64,000 nucleotides of DNA from a virus (IMGVR_UViG_3300049482_000044:1-64000), one strand, 5' to 3'. Positions 19,383 to 28,814 are shown, counted from the stretch's first letter. Notes: generated from the letters alone by a model not told the origin. Program-made: numbers and translations.

Positions 19383-22239
19383 GGATTTTCTAGACGTACT
19401 CAGCGGTGACGTGTTCGAGGAAATACCTGTCACCGTAGAAGAATTCGTCACGTCGCGGGACTTTGTCCGTCCAGGTGCCCCAGCATTCCCATCTCTGTCC
19501 GTGGATCAGATGCGTATGCTCAAAGCAATGACGCAGATTCTAGGCAGAGACACACTTATTCAGGTGTGGGGAGAGGGCATCGGGAAATCTCGGTGGGAAG
19601 AAACCTTCAACGAAATAATCCTCCAACTAGGTAAGGGTTGCCACGCTCCATACACCCCCGTATTTGATCCAAGTACCGGTAAGTGGAGCCGACTAGACTC
19701 ATTTGTAGGCGACGGGCTTGTTGCTTCTAGCGATGGGGCTAATCACTATGCAACAGAATCTTTTCGGGAGGGCTTCGGACAGATGGTGCGAGTCAAGACA
19801 TCTCTCGGACTTTCAGAGGATGTCTATGTCGGACATAAGTATCTTTCTCTTTCTAGGTCTGACTTCTACCACAGGTATAGAGGGATAGACCCGTCATTTG
19901 TATCGGTAGATAACCTCTTCGTGGGCGATAGGATTGCTGTCGCTGCTGGGTTTGACGTTTCCTCCCCGACCTATATGCAACCAGAAGTAGCCGAACTGAT
20001 AGGATTCTGGTTAGGCGATGGAATGCTTCCAACCGATGCAAACCCAATTATCAATATGGATTTCTGTTCAGACGAGTCTGAAAGTATCGCTAGGTATGAA
20101 GAACTATGTCTTATTATCGGAGACAGCCCCACAAAGACTATTCACCCAAACAAGAGTCTGACATTCTTTCGGCATGGAAGAAACTCCAAGGCGGTCCAGA
20201 TTGCTAAGGACAATGGTCTGTGGGGGATGCGTAGCCATACAAAATTAGTTCCCGACTGCGTACTTTCTTCAGATAACAAAACCATAGCGCTAGTTGTTGA
20301 AAAACTTTGGCAGACGGATGGCTGTGTCTATGCAAAAAACGGACTTACCGCAGAATATGTCTCTGTCTCTGAGCAATTGGCTACGGATGTACAGAGGATG
20401 CTACTACGCCTTGGTGTCCCATCAGCATTAAGATCTAGGACTCCAAAATCTAATTTTGCTAATGCCTCGCTAGCCTGGTACGTGACCGTTAGCAGTCAGG
20501 AGTGTGTGGGTGCATTTTTTGACAAAATCAAACTACTCGACCATAAGCGCCCCGAACTGACAGAAAAAACCGGGCGCACCTACAAGAGACTCCAAGACAA
20601 CTATTATTATGATCGAATCGCTTCTATAGAGCCAATTGGCGACGGGGAGTTTTGGACAAAAACTGTTCCAGATACTGGTAATTATGTTGGTAATGGAATG
20701 ATCTCTGCTAATTCCGGTAAGGACTTCATATCTACAGTCGCCGTAGCATATATAGTCTACGTACTGCTTTGTATGAAAGACCCGGCCAGTTACTATGGCA
20801 AGCCACAGGGCGACGCCATCGACATTCTTAATATTGCTATTAACGCCACCCAGGCAAAGAACGTTTTCTTCAAGGGGTTTAAGCAGCGCATCGACAACAA
20901 CCCCTGGTTCGATGGTAAATATGACGCCAAGGCAGATAACATAGAATTTGACAAGCATATTACTGTTCACTCTGGTCACTCAGAACGTGAGTCATGGGAG
21001 GGCTATAACCTGCTTGTTGTGATCCTTGACGAGATCTCCGGTTTTGCATTGGAGTCGGCTTCTGGGAATCTGAATGCCAAGACATCGGAACAGATCTATG
21101 ATATGTACTCGGCCTCTGTTGTGTCACGATTTCCTGACTACGGAAAGACAATTCTTCTATCATTCCCGCGCTACAAAGACGACTTCATCCAGCAGCGTTA
21201 TGCTGCGGTCGTGGCATCAAAGAACACCGTTATTCACACCGAGCGTCTTATAGTCAACCCCGACCTACCAGATGATTACGAGGGCAACTTCGTTGAATTC
21301 GAGTGGGAGGAAGATCATATTATTAGTTACCGAGAGCCTCGGGTATTTGCGCTAAAGAGGCCTTCCTGGATTATTAATCCTACCAAAAAGGTTACCGACT
21401 ATACCGGTCAGTTCTTCAAGAATATGACTGACGCGCTTATGCGTTTCGCCTGTATGCCTCCTGAGTCTATCGACGGTATGTTCAAGGACTCCGAGCGCGT
21501 TAATAATGCTTTCAGGCAGCCCCTGGCTATCGAAGAGGACGGCACGATAAACCATACATTGGTGGCGGACCCAGAGAAGATTTACTATATCCACGTCGAC
21601 CTTGCCCAGAAGATCGACCGATGTGCGGTATCTATGGCCCACGTAGACTCCTGGACTGCCGTTCGATACAAGGGTATTTCAGATAAGGTCGAGCCGGTGG
21701 TAGTCGTAGACTTTATTAGATACTGGACTCCTAGCGCAAGCAAGACGGTGGACTTTGCCGAGGTCCGTGACTTTATCGTGTCTATGTCTAAAAAGGGATT
21801 TAATATAGGCCTAGTAACATTTGACCGCTGGAACTCCGTCGAAATGATGGAGTATCTTGACGGAATGGGTCTGAAAACAGATAGACTCTCAGTGGCGAAG
21901 CCTCACTACACAGACCTTTTGATGGTTGTAAACGAGGGTCGTTGTCACGGTCCCGATATTGAACTGGTGCGTAAAGAACTAAAGCAGTTGCGAATCATCA
22001 AGGATAAGGTTGACCACCCCCGCTCCGGAAGCAAGGACTTGGCTGACGCCACCTGCGGTGCCGTGTTTAATGCCATCAGCCTCACACCTAAGGATAACTG
22101 GGGCGAGGTTGAGATTCAGACATATGACTCGTTGCGAGCATCCCGCCCCGTCGCGGTCGAGCCCCCAGAGGCCCAGCGCGCGACCGGACCCATACCAGAT
22201 GAACTTGCAGCATACCTTGACGGCATCACTGTTTTATAG
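19375..22239 (+). CDS. terL: terminase large subunit, intein-containing
   Basis: Exteins splice to ...QLGKG|SGKDF... forming a Walker A P-loop; Walker B LVVILDEISGF; C-terminal RNaseH-like nuclease region; 954 aa precursor. Confidence 0.8.
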   Translation: MFEDFLDVLSGDVFEEIPVTVEEFVTSRDFVRPGAPAFPSLSVDQMRMLKAMTQILGRDTLIQVWGEGIGKSRWEETFNEIILQLGKGCHAPYTPVFDPSTGKWSRLDSFVGDGLVASSDGANHYATESFREGFGQMVRVKTSLGLSEDVYVGHKYLSLSRSDFYHRYRGIDPSFVSVDNLFVGDRIAVAAGFDVSSPTYMQPEVAELIGFWLGDGMLPTDANPIINMDFCSDESESIARYEELCLIIGDSPTKTIHPNKSLTFFRHGRNSKAVQIAKDNGLWGMRSHTKLVPDCVLSSDNKTIALVVEKLWQTDGCVYAKNGLTAEYVSVSEQLATDVQRMLLRLGVPSALRSRTPKSNFANASLAWYVTVSSQECVGAFFDKIKLLDHKRPELTEKTGRTYKRLQDNYYYDRIASIEPIGDGEFWTKTVPDTGNYVGNGMISANSGKDFISTVAVAYIVYVLLCMKDPASYYGKPQGDAIDILNIAINATQAKNVFFKGFKQRIDNNPWFDGKYDAKADNIEFDKHITVHSGHSERESWEGYNLLVVILDEISGFALESASGNLNAKTSEQIYDMYSASVVSRFPDYGKTILLSFPRYKDDFIQQRYAAVVASKNTVIHTERLIVNPDLPDDYEGNFVEFEWEEDHIISYREPRVFALKRPSWIINPTKKVTDYTGQFFKNMTDALMRFACMPPESIDGMFKDSERVNNAFRQPLAIEEDGTINHTLVADPEKIYYIHVDLAQKIDRCAVSMAHVDSWTAVRYKGISDKVEPVVVVDFIRYWTPSASKTVDFAEVRDFIVSMSKKGFNIGLVTFDRWNSVEMMEYLDGMGLKTDRLSVAKPHYTDLLMVVNEGRCHGPDIELVRKELKQLRIIKDKVDHPRSGSKDLADATCGAVFNAISLTPKDNWGEVEIQTYDSLRASRPVAVEPPEAQRATGPIPDELAAYLDGITVL
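19639..20712 (+). mobile_element. intein (LAGLIDADG homing-endonuclease type) inside the terminase P-loop
   Basis: Begins at a Cys (CHAPYTPV...), has two LAGLIDADG-like blocks (LIGFWLGDGML; LVVEKLWQTDGCVY), ends ...GMISAN followed by Ser (+1 nucleophile). Confidence 0.7.
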
Positions 22240-22247
22240 TAGACTGG

Positions 22248-22796
22248 ATGCGAAGGGAGGTTGAGGTGACTGTAACCAGAGAAGATTACCTAACCAGACA
22301 AGAAATCATCGACATCTGCTCGGAGCGCGACGGGTACTACTGCTACATGTGCAAAGCGGAATTTAGCGAAGCACGAGGCATGGAACTCACACTTGACCAC
22401 TTCCACCCGCTTTCTAAGGGAGGAACCTGGGACATCGAGAACATGCGCTTGGCGCACCGTAGATGCAACCAGGATAAGGCTGACCGTGTATGGTTGGACA
22501 ACGGAGAACTAGAGCCGCGTGTCCAGCGTCTAGGATACCAGCAGCGCAAGCAGAACAAGGAGCAGATCCTGCTTAAGTTCTGTGAATTGTGCATGGATGG
22601 TAGGCTGTTGATGCCAGAGGAATACTGCCCCGAGTGTTTTCGCGGGGCTGTGGCTTGGCCCCAGACTATGAAGCGTAAGCCATCCGAATGTAGTCACTCA
22701 GGCTATGACTGGTGCTGGCTAGAAGCGTGCGGTTTGATCATACGTACGCCAGCCTTTGTAGACGTCCTAGATGGGGAATACACGAATGACGATTGA
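22248..22796 (+). CDS. HNH endonuclease
   Basis: LDHFHPLSKGGTWDIENMRLAHRRCNQDKAD is a classic HNH motif. Confidence 0.6.
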   Translation: MRREVEVTVTREDYLTRQEIIDICSERDGYYCYMCKAEFSEARGMELTLDHFHPLSKGGTWDIENMRLAHRRCNQDKADRVWLDNGELEPRVQRLGYQQRKQNKEQILLKFCELCMDGRLLMPEEYCPECFRGAVAWPQTMKRKPSECSHSGYDWCWLEACGLIIRTPAFVDVLDGEYTNDD

Positions 22797-23058
22797 GTTA
22801 CCAAAAGACCAAGTTCTTTATCATATGTATTATGATGCTGCTCAGAGTGGCAGTGTCGCCAGAATAACGACCCATGCTGGTAGTAGAATCGAACTATTCA
22901 CTGCTGACGGAGATCCTGGCGGCGAGGAACTTGGTCTTTTGGTGACCAATATCTTTGAACACATCGTCAACATGGCGAAGATGTATAACACCTCCGAGCA
23001 AGAAATATTCGATGATTGGTTTAATGAAATCGTTGAGGACTTTGAATTAGACGAATAG
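22771..23058 (+). CDS. hypothetical protein
   Basis: 95-aa acidic ORF. Confidence 0.3.
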   Translation: MGNTRMTIELPKDQVLYHMYYDAAQSGSVARITTHAGSRIELFTADGDPGGEELGLLVTNIFEHIVNMAKMYNTSEQEIFDDWFNEIVEDFELDE

Positions 23059-23089
23059 TGGTATACTTATAGCCTTGCAAAGGCACCAC

Positions 23090-23160
23090 GCAGTATTAGT
23101 GAAATGGTATCACGAAACCTTGCCAAGGTTTAAGCGCCAGTCCGATTCTGGTATACTGCT
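23090..23160 (+). tRNA. tRNA-Gly (anticodon GCC)
   Basis: Acceptor GCAGTAT/ATACTGC, D-stem GTGA/TCAC with AATGGTA loop, anticodon stem AAACC/GGTTT with loop TTGCCAA, T-arm GCCAG-TCCGATT-CTGGT. Confidence 0.6.
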
Positions 23161-23189
23161 CAAAAAGATAGTTAACTTTAAAGGATAAC

Positions 23190-24110
23190 ATGAAGGTATT
23201 AGTAACCGGCGGGCAGGGCTTTATTGGGCGCTACACCGTGGAGGAATTAGTTTCACGCGGCCACGAAGTCATCGTACTTGACCGCCACAACCACGTTACG
23301 TTCGGTGACGGGGTAGAGTTTATGCTAGGAGACATTCGTGACGCTACTGCTGTCACTGAGGCTATGGCCCACTCCGAAGGATGGATTCACCTTGGAGGAG
23401 TTCTAGGAACAGCCGAGACTATCTTTAACCCACGCCCCGCCGCCGAGACAAATATCGTCGGCGGTCTTAATGTTCTAGAGGCAGCGAGCCAGTATAAGTT
23501 GCCTGGTGTGAATATCGCCGTAGGAAACTACTGGATGAATAACACCTACTCGATTACCAAGAACACCGTCGAGCGCTTTGCTCAGATGTTCCGTGATGAG
23601 CGCGGGCTACAGGTAACGAACCTACGCGCCCTCAACGCCTTTGGCCCTCGTCAGTCAGTGGCGGCACCGTATGGGGACAGCAAAGTTCGTAAGATTATGC
23701 CTAACTTCGTATGCCGTGCGCTATCGGGCGAGGATATTGAGGTATATGGTGACGGCGAGCAGATCATGGATATGATCTACGTCCCTGACGTTGCTAAGTG
23801 CCTCGTCCGTGCGTTAGAATACACGGCATCTGTGGGCTCTGTCGAGCATGTCCTAGAAGCAGGCTCAGGTCGCCCTACAACTGTAAATGAAATTGCTGCT
23901 GCCGTTATTGGTGAGGTTCATAACCAGACCGGTAAGTTGGTTGGCATCAAGCATGCACCGATGCGACCAGGCGAGCCCTTGCAGTCTGTCGTCCTGGGTG
24001 ACCCTGAGACGCTGAATATCATCGGAATTCAGGAACTAGAACTAGCAGACCTAGAAACGGGACTTGTTCCCACGGTAAAGTATTTCAGGGACTACCTTGA
24101 TCAGAGGTAA
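23190..24110 (+). CDS. NAD-dependent epimerase/dehydratase (UDP-sugar epimerase-like)
   Basis: N-terminal Rossmann VLVTGGQGFIGRY; 306 aa; SDR-family YxxxK region. Confidence 0.65.
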   Translation: MKVLVTGGQGFIGRYTVEELVSRGHEVIVLDRHNHVTFGDGVEFMLGDIRDATAVTEAMAHSEGWIHLGGVLGTAETIFNPRPAAETNIVGGLNVLEAASQYKLPGVNIAVGNYWMNNTYSITKNTVERFAQMFRDERGLQVTNLRALNAFGPRQSVAAPYGDSKVRKIMPNFVCRALSGEDIEVYGDGEQIMDMIYVPDVAKCLVRALEYTASVGSVEHVLEAGSGRPTTVNEIAAAVIGEVHNQTGKLVGIKHAPMRPGEPLQSVVLGDPETLNIIGIQELELADLETGLVPTVKYFRDYLDQR

Positions 24111-24945
24111 AAAGGTAATCGTATTCACGCCATATGGCCGTGAACTAACTGCATCTATCTTATATCGCTACCTCAAAAGAGACTTTGAGGCGGGGGTTAT
24201 AGACGAATGGCAGTTATGGCAGAATACTGACGAAGATCAGGTATCTGACCGAGAATATGCCACGAAACTAGCCGCCGAGAATGAGTGGATCAAGGAAATA
24301 CCTTATCCAGAAGAGGCGGGGCCCAGGGCATACCCAAAGCAATTGAATACTGGTAGGTTCTATCATAAGGTGGCAGAGCAAGATCCTGATGCCATATTCG
24401 TACGTATGGACGATGACATCGTGTGGATTGATCAGCACGCAATCAAGAACCTAGTCAACTACCGTCTTGACAACCCGTTCCCGTTCGTAGTATTCCCGTT
24501 GATCTGGAATAACGCGACGTGTTCTTATTACTTACAGCAGGGTGAGCAGATGCCGTCCTGGTGGGGCGTTGTAAAGACCTCTTATTGCATGGACCCGATT
24601 GGGTGGGCAGATCCCCATTTCGCCGCTTCGATCCACGGACACCTTCTGGACATGATCGAGACCAAGCAAATCCCTCGTCTGTTCATGCACACGAGCATTC
24701 AGTTGCCTATGGGCCACCAGTTCAGTGTCTCCTGCTTCGCACAGAAAGCCTCTGAGTATTTAGAAGGTGTCCCTGGCGAGGAAGAGGCATGGCATACGAT
24801 TACAATGCCCTACGAAAAGGGTAGGCCGAATGCTATCGTTCCTGACGCACTGATTAGCCACTTTTCGTTTTTCCACCAGCGCGAGTATCTGTTGAAGAAT
24901 ACCGACCTGCTCGACAGATACCGAGCGTTAGCCGAAGCCCTGTGA
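24097..24945 (+). CDS. hypothetical protein, possible glycosyltransferase
   Basis: 282 aa; MDDDIVWIDQ acidic motif; sits between the epimerase and the DXD glycosyltransferase. Confidence 0.3.
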   Translation: MIRGKKVIVFTPYGRELTASILYRYLKRDFEAGVIDEWQLWQNTDEDQVSDREYATKLAAENEWIKEIPYPEEAGPRAYPKQLNTGRFYHKVAEQDPDAIFVRMDDDIVWIDQHAIKNLVNYRLDNPFPFVVFPLIWNNATCSYYLQQGEQMPSWWGVVKTSYCMDPIGWADPHFAASIHGHLLDMIETKQIPRLFMHTSIQLPMGHQFSVSCFAQKASEYLEGVPGEEEAWHTITMPYEKGRPNAIVPDALISHFSFFHQREYLLKNTDLLDRYRALAEAL

Positions 24946-25652
24946 AAAAGACCATCCATCGTATCTGGATAGGTCCAGCCAAGATGCCCGCCGAATACAA
25001 GCAGTATGGGCGGGACTGGGAGGATTTTAATCCAGGGTGGACAGTAACAGACTGGGATAGTAGCAGCCTGCACCTTAATGATACACAGGTGTGGAGAAAC
25101 GCAGCGGTACTGGACGACCTACTGGCGAACGGCGAAAAGGAAGGTGCGGATAAGATTGCTCTTGCCACACACCTTGCCGATGTGCTAGCCTATGAGTTAG
25201 TGTTCGAGTTCGGCGGGCTGTACGTTAACACAGATATGCAGCCGGTCAAGTCCTTGGATACGCTGTTTGAAAACCACCCGGCTCTGTATGAGACCGCCGG
25301 GGCGGGCAAGGAAGATGACCACTACGTCGTTAATGCAGTAATGTGGGCCCCAGAACCAGGCATGTATTTCTGGGAGCGGGTGATCGCTGAACTACCAGGA
25401 CGGTACTTTGGTATGTACGGCGATTACATGTCGAATACGACAGGCCCGCATCTGCTGACGATGGTATATAACTGGTTCCCCGACCTGCTACATGTTGTTG
25501 ACAAGCAGGTTTTCAATCCGCTACACTTCACCGAAGTAGAGTTCGGTCAGGATGCCAAGTTTAACGCCTGGGAACTTCCAGCGGAGACGATCACCGTGCA
25601 TCACTGGGGGCACCGCAAGAACCGTAGAAATCAGCGAGTGTTAGAGTCTTGA
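24942..25652 (+). CDS. glycosyltransferase, DXD-motif (GT32-like) family
   Basis: N-terminal IHRIWIG signature of the Gly_transf_sug family; acidic DXD-like TDMQ region. Confidence 0.5.
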   Translation: MKKTIHRIWIGPAKMPAEYKQYGRDWEDFNPGWTVTDWDSSSLHLNDTQVWRNAAVLDDLLANGEKEGADKIALATHLADVLAYELVFEFGGLYVNTDMQPVKSLDTLFENHPALYETAGAGKEDDHYVVNAVMWAPEPGMYFWERVIAELPGRYFGMYGDYMSNTTGPHLLTMVYNWFPDLLHVVDKQVFNPLHFTEVEFGQDAKFNAWELPAETITVHHWGHRKNRRNQRVLES

Positions 25653-25683
25653 CTTATATCCAGTCACTGGATATAATCCATGT

Positions 25684-26082
25684 ATGAAAATATGTCCTGG
25701 CTGTGGCAAGGCGAAGGAAGAGTCTGAGTTTTATCTAAAGCGCGGAAAACTTTATCAGTGTAAGCAGTGCCGGAATGAGTATCACCGCAAATGGTACTCC
25801 GAAAACCAGCAGGCGCACTTAGCCAGGGTTCGAGACTACAAGCAGCGACATAAGCATCGCATCCGGGCAGATAAGTATGGCATTACAGAGCAAGAACTGT
25901 TGACAGGCATGGCTGGTTGCTGTAAGATATGTAGTGAGCCAGCAGAGGTCGTAGACCATGATCACGAAACGGGAAAATTTCGAGGGTTTCTGTGCAATAA
26001 GTGCAACATGGGGCTGGGGCACTTTGATGGTGACAGGGAAAAACTTTTAAGTGCAATTAAATATCTAAAACTTGGGACGTGA
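25684..26082 (+). CDS. recombination endonuclease VII
   Basis: VVDHDHETGKFRGFLCNKCNMGLGHF is the Endo VII signature (DHDHxTGxxRGxLCxxCN). Confidence 0.6.
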   Translation: MKICPGCGKAKEESEFYLKRGKLYQCKQCRNEYHRKWYSENQQAHLARVRDYKQRHKHRIRADKYGITEQELLTGMAGCCKICSEPAEVVDHDHETGKFRGFLCNKCNMGLGHFDGDREKLLSAIKYLKLGT

Positions 26083-26146
26083 GCCAGCCGGTTACGGCGA
26101 CTGTCTTATATACAGTTTAGAGCAGGTTCGACTCCTGCACGTCCTA
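26074..26146 (+). tRNA. tRNA, anticodon loop CTTATAT (UAU, Ile-type); G at position 8
   Basis: Acceptor GGGACGT/ACGTCCT, anticodon stem ACTGT/ACAGT, T-arm GCAGG-TTCGACT-CCTGC; the D-stem is only 3 bp. Confidence 0.45.
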
Positions 26147-26274
26147 CGGTAGTCCACTTCACCTTCGGGTGCCCTGAGACAGTTTAATGGTAACCAGCGC
26201 AACGGTCGGGGTCGTCCACAGCGTTGCTTTTCAGGTGTGGACGCGAACTGTAGCGTAGACCCCGGCCTACCCGC

Positions 26275-26346
26275 GCCGCTGTAGTATAAAGGCAATTACA
26301 TGTTCTTGGTAAGAACAAAAAGTCAGTTCAATTCTGACCAGTGGCT
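26275..26346 (+). tRNA. tRNA-Thr (anticodon GGU), CCA encoded
   Basis: Acceptor GCCGCTG/CAGTGGC (G4-U69), anticodon stem TGTTC/GAACA with loop TTGGTAA, T-arm GTCAG-TTCAATT-CTGAC, 3-prime TCCA. Confidence 0.55.
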
Positions 26347-26367
26347 CCACCTAGATTAGGAGTAATA

Positions 26368-26694
26368 ATGGCAACAATTAATACACGACTAAGTCTTAAT
26401 GGCGCACAGAATAAGTACGATCAAGGAATTAGGCTAGCGGTTGAGGGCTATGTTCGTAGAGAACTAGGCTATTCTGACGACTACGATGTGATCATCAACA
26501 TTAACGCCATGCGCGTTAAGCGCGTAACGTTCGCTGCGGGCGATGTCTATCAGTATAGGTTTAATGCTTATGGCCCGTGGTATACCTATGTTCGCGGTCA
26601 GTCCGCCTGGGGCAGCACTGATATGACCGATGATCTTATGCGGCAGGGTTTGGATAATAGCCGTGCACGTAAGTGTGCTGTAACGCCGGTCTGA
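26368..26694 (+). CDS. hypothetical protein
   Basis: ATG with SD AGGAG just after tRNA-Thr; 108 aa (track ORF begins earlier at a GTG inside the tRNA). Confidence 0.4.
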   Translation: MATINTRLSLNGAQNKYDQGIRLAVEGYVRRELGYSDDYDVIININAMRVKRVTFAAGDVYQYRFNAYGPWYTYVRGQSAWGSTDMTDDLMRQGLDNSRARKCAVTPV

Positions 26695-26695
26695 T

Positions 26696-27157
26696 ATGAT
26701 CCGGCTTATCCCTGTCTTTTTCATAATCTTCCCGCTCCTTCTCATACCATATTTTTTCTGGAAGGATAGCAGGCAGAAGCCCGCCCTGATGATGTCAGTC
26801 GATGACCGTATTCTCGCACTAGAAAAAGAGTGCGAAATCCGTGATGAGGCGGGGGAACTGATACATAAGCCAGTTTGGGATGGATCTGCATGGGTAGATA
26901 ACTTGCTCGACTCAGCCAGGGTGCCTAGGCGGCAAGCGCCAGAAATTCCCACTCGGCTTACTCCAATGATGTCGATGCAGAAGCAGGCGCTAGACGAGTA
27001 CGAATTCCTTAACGTACAGGACTGGACTGGAAATGTGGTCCAGCAGTACGGATATAAGCATCTGCCCGATGGTCGAGTAATTGGGCATCGTCTAGACGTA
27101 TCCATGCCAGAATATGACACTTTTAGGAGGGGTTCAGGTGACTACGGTCCTCGTTGA
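26696..27157 (+). CDS. membrane-anchored hypothetical protein
   Basis: N-terminal TM helix LIPVFFIIFPLLLIPYFFW. Confidence 0.35.
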   Translation: MIRLIPVFFIIFPLLLIPYFFWKDSRQKPALMMSVDDRILALEKECEIRDEAGELIHKPVWDGSAWVDNLLDSARVPRRQAPEIPTRLTPMMSMQKQALDEYEFLNVQDWTGNVVQQYGYKHLPDGRVIGHRLDVSMPEYDTFRRGSGDYGPR

Positions 27158-27397
27158 TATTGGCTCTATGGTACGGGTATCGTATGCTGTTCAAGGACTC
27201 CCCGCCGGGATTACTTTTACGGTGGTCGATAAGGACGCCTGCCATTGGATTCTCGTCCCGAACATAACCTGGGACGGGCCTAGACTGAGAATACCTTTTA
27301 ACTGTGTCAGACCATTCGATGTTGAACAAAATTATCGGGACTGATACAATAGACTGAGCGGCAGCGTCGTTGTCATGAACATTCTGCCGCTCTCTAC

Positions 27398-27471
27398 CCT
27401 CGTAATGGCTCTGCCTTCTAAGCAAGTAGCGCATAACGGATGATGCTGGTTCGAATCCAGTCGAGGGTGCC
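27398..27471 (+). pseudogene. tRNA-like remnant (intact acceptor and T-arm, degenerate core)
   Basis: ACCCTCG...GCTGG-TTCGAAT-CCAGT-CGAGGGT gives a perfect acceptor and T-arm, but no canonical D or anticodon arms can be folded. Confidence 0.3.
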
Positions 27472-27571
27472 GGGGCAATTAAACGAACGATACCACCTAG
27501 GGGCGAGCGCTCAAACCTGGATAGGTCACACGCCAACGGATTGCGCGCATTAATAATCACACCCCGACCAA

Positions 27572-27638
27572 GCCGCTAATAAGGATATCGCTCGTCCCTC
27601 CGAAGGACTTGCTTCGAGTTCGACTCTCGATAGTGGCA
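27572..27638 (+). tRNA. D-arm-truncated tRNA-like gene, anticodon CCG (Arg-type)
   Basis: 67 nt: acceptor GCCGCTA/TAGTGGC (G4-U69), anticodon arm GTCC-CTCCGAA-GGAC, T-arm TCGAG-TTCGACT-CTCGA; only about 14 nt where 19 nt of D-arm are expected. Confidence 0.4.
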
Positions 27639-27751
27639 CAATGACTGCTAGACGCTTAACTACTATCTGGTGCAGGGTGATAGACTTGGGTAGCGCCCGA
27701 GAAACTAAAACAAGTCAGATCAGTCAGGGACCGGGGTACCACGGTCCACAC

Positions 27752-27818
27752 GCCGCTAGTAAGGAACAATCCAGGCCTCCTAAGCCAGGTATTTCGGGTC
27801 CGATTCCCGATAGTGGCA
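27752..27818 (+). tRNA. D-arm-truncated tRNA-like gene, anticodon CCU (Arg-type); paralog of 27572..27638
   Basis: 67 nt: same acceptor GCCGCTA/TAGTGGC, anticodon loop CTCCTAA, T-arm TCGGG-TCCGATT-CCCGA; shares the GTAAGGA connector with its paralog. Confidence 0.4.
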
Positions 27819-27819
27819 C

Positions 27820-28167
27820 ATGACTAATGAATACGATAGGATAAAGCACTTAGCCAGATCGCTATTAGATTACTGGTCGAATAGACAGTATCCTGATCGT
27901 AAGATCTATATTGAATGGAATCAAAAAACGGGTGTCTTTGAGGTAACCGTATACTTTTTGGTTGCAGGGCATAACCACCGTATGGATTTCGAAGTTCCAA
28001 TTGACTCCGACATTGAAAAGTATCCGATTGCCATGCTAAGAGTATGGGATAGCAAGATATCTGAAGAAACATCCTGGGTATCATCAGGGGCCGGTCCTTG
28101 GAATGATGAGAGGTACCGTAGGATCGCAGACAAACTGAATAAGGAGTTGCTCGATGGTTTATCTTGA
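27820..28167 (+). CDS. hypothetical protein
   Basis: 115-aa ORF starting right after the second tRNA-like gene. Confidence 0.4.
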   Translation: MTNEYDRIKHLARSLLDYWSNRQYPDRKIYIEWNQKTGVFEVTVYFLVAGHNHRMDFEVPIDSDIEKYPIAMLRVWDSKISEETSWVSSGAGPWNDERYRRIADKLNKELLDGLS

Positions 28168-28495
28168 TGAAATCCTCGATGAAAAGTATGATGTTTTCCT
28201 CATAGAGGAAAACTACTGCTGGAACGAGTACGACGACTATACAGACAACAAGCCTAAGTTAATAAAAACTTTCAAGACACTCGCGGAGGCAGAGAAGTTC
28301 TTGGAGATATGCGGGGACCGGCTTCCAGCGACACAGAAGAAATATCGTGGTAGGATCACCTATTTCATTAGGCCGATGTATTTACGCCATGAGATTAACG
28401 CTGTATGGACTTATACCAATCAGAGTCAGTCGGAACTGGATGAGTTTTACAACAAACTACTCCCGCCCAAGATTAGCGCACCATACACAGGATGA
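28154..28495 (+). CDS. hypothetical protein
   Basis: 113-aa ORF. Confidence 0.4.
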   Translation: MVYLDEILDEKYDVFLIEENYCWNEYDDYTDNKPKLIKTFKTLAEAEKFLEICGDRLPATQKKYRGRITYFIRPMYLRHEINAVWTYTNQSQSELDEFYNKLLPPKISAPYTG

Positions 28496-28499
28496 GGTT

Positions 28500-28814
28500 A
28501 TGACATACATGGATAAGAAACTTGATACTAAGACTTCCTGGTACGGCACGATAACCGGGCAACAACCAGACGAGCAGGTTTTTCTTCGCCGTTCGCTCGG
28601 TGATGCACAGGTAGTAATATGTGTAGGTGTAGATGGATACGACTATAACAGGCACAATCAGCGCAATCCTGTAAAATGGCAGACAAGTACGCGGGGGAAA
28701 AATATTCATATCGCTATGAACGCGGGTGCTAGATTGTCATTTCAAGAGTTCGAAGAACTTCACAATGCGATTAAAACTGCACACCTCTATTTGGTTGGAC
28801 TGTATAACGGATGA
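28500..28814 (+). CDS. hypothetical protein
   Basis: ATG with SD GGATGAGG; 104 aa (track ORF extended upstream in frame). Confidence 0.4.
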   Translation: MTYMDKKLDTKTSWYGTITGQQPDEQVFLRRSLGDAQVVICVGVDGYDYNRHNQRNPVKWQTSTRGKNIHIAMNAGARLSFQEFEELHNAIKTAHLYLVGLYNG

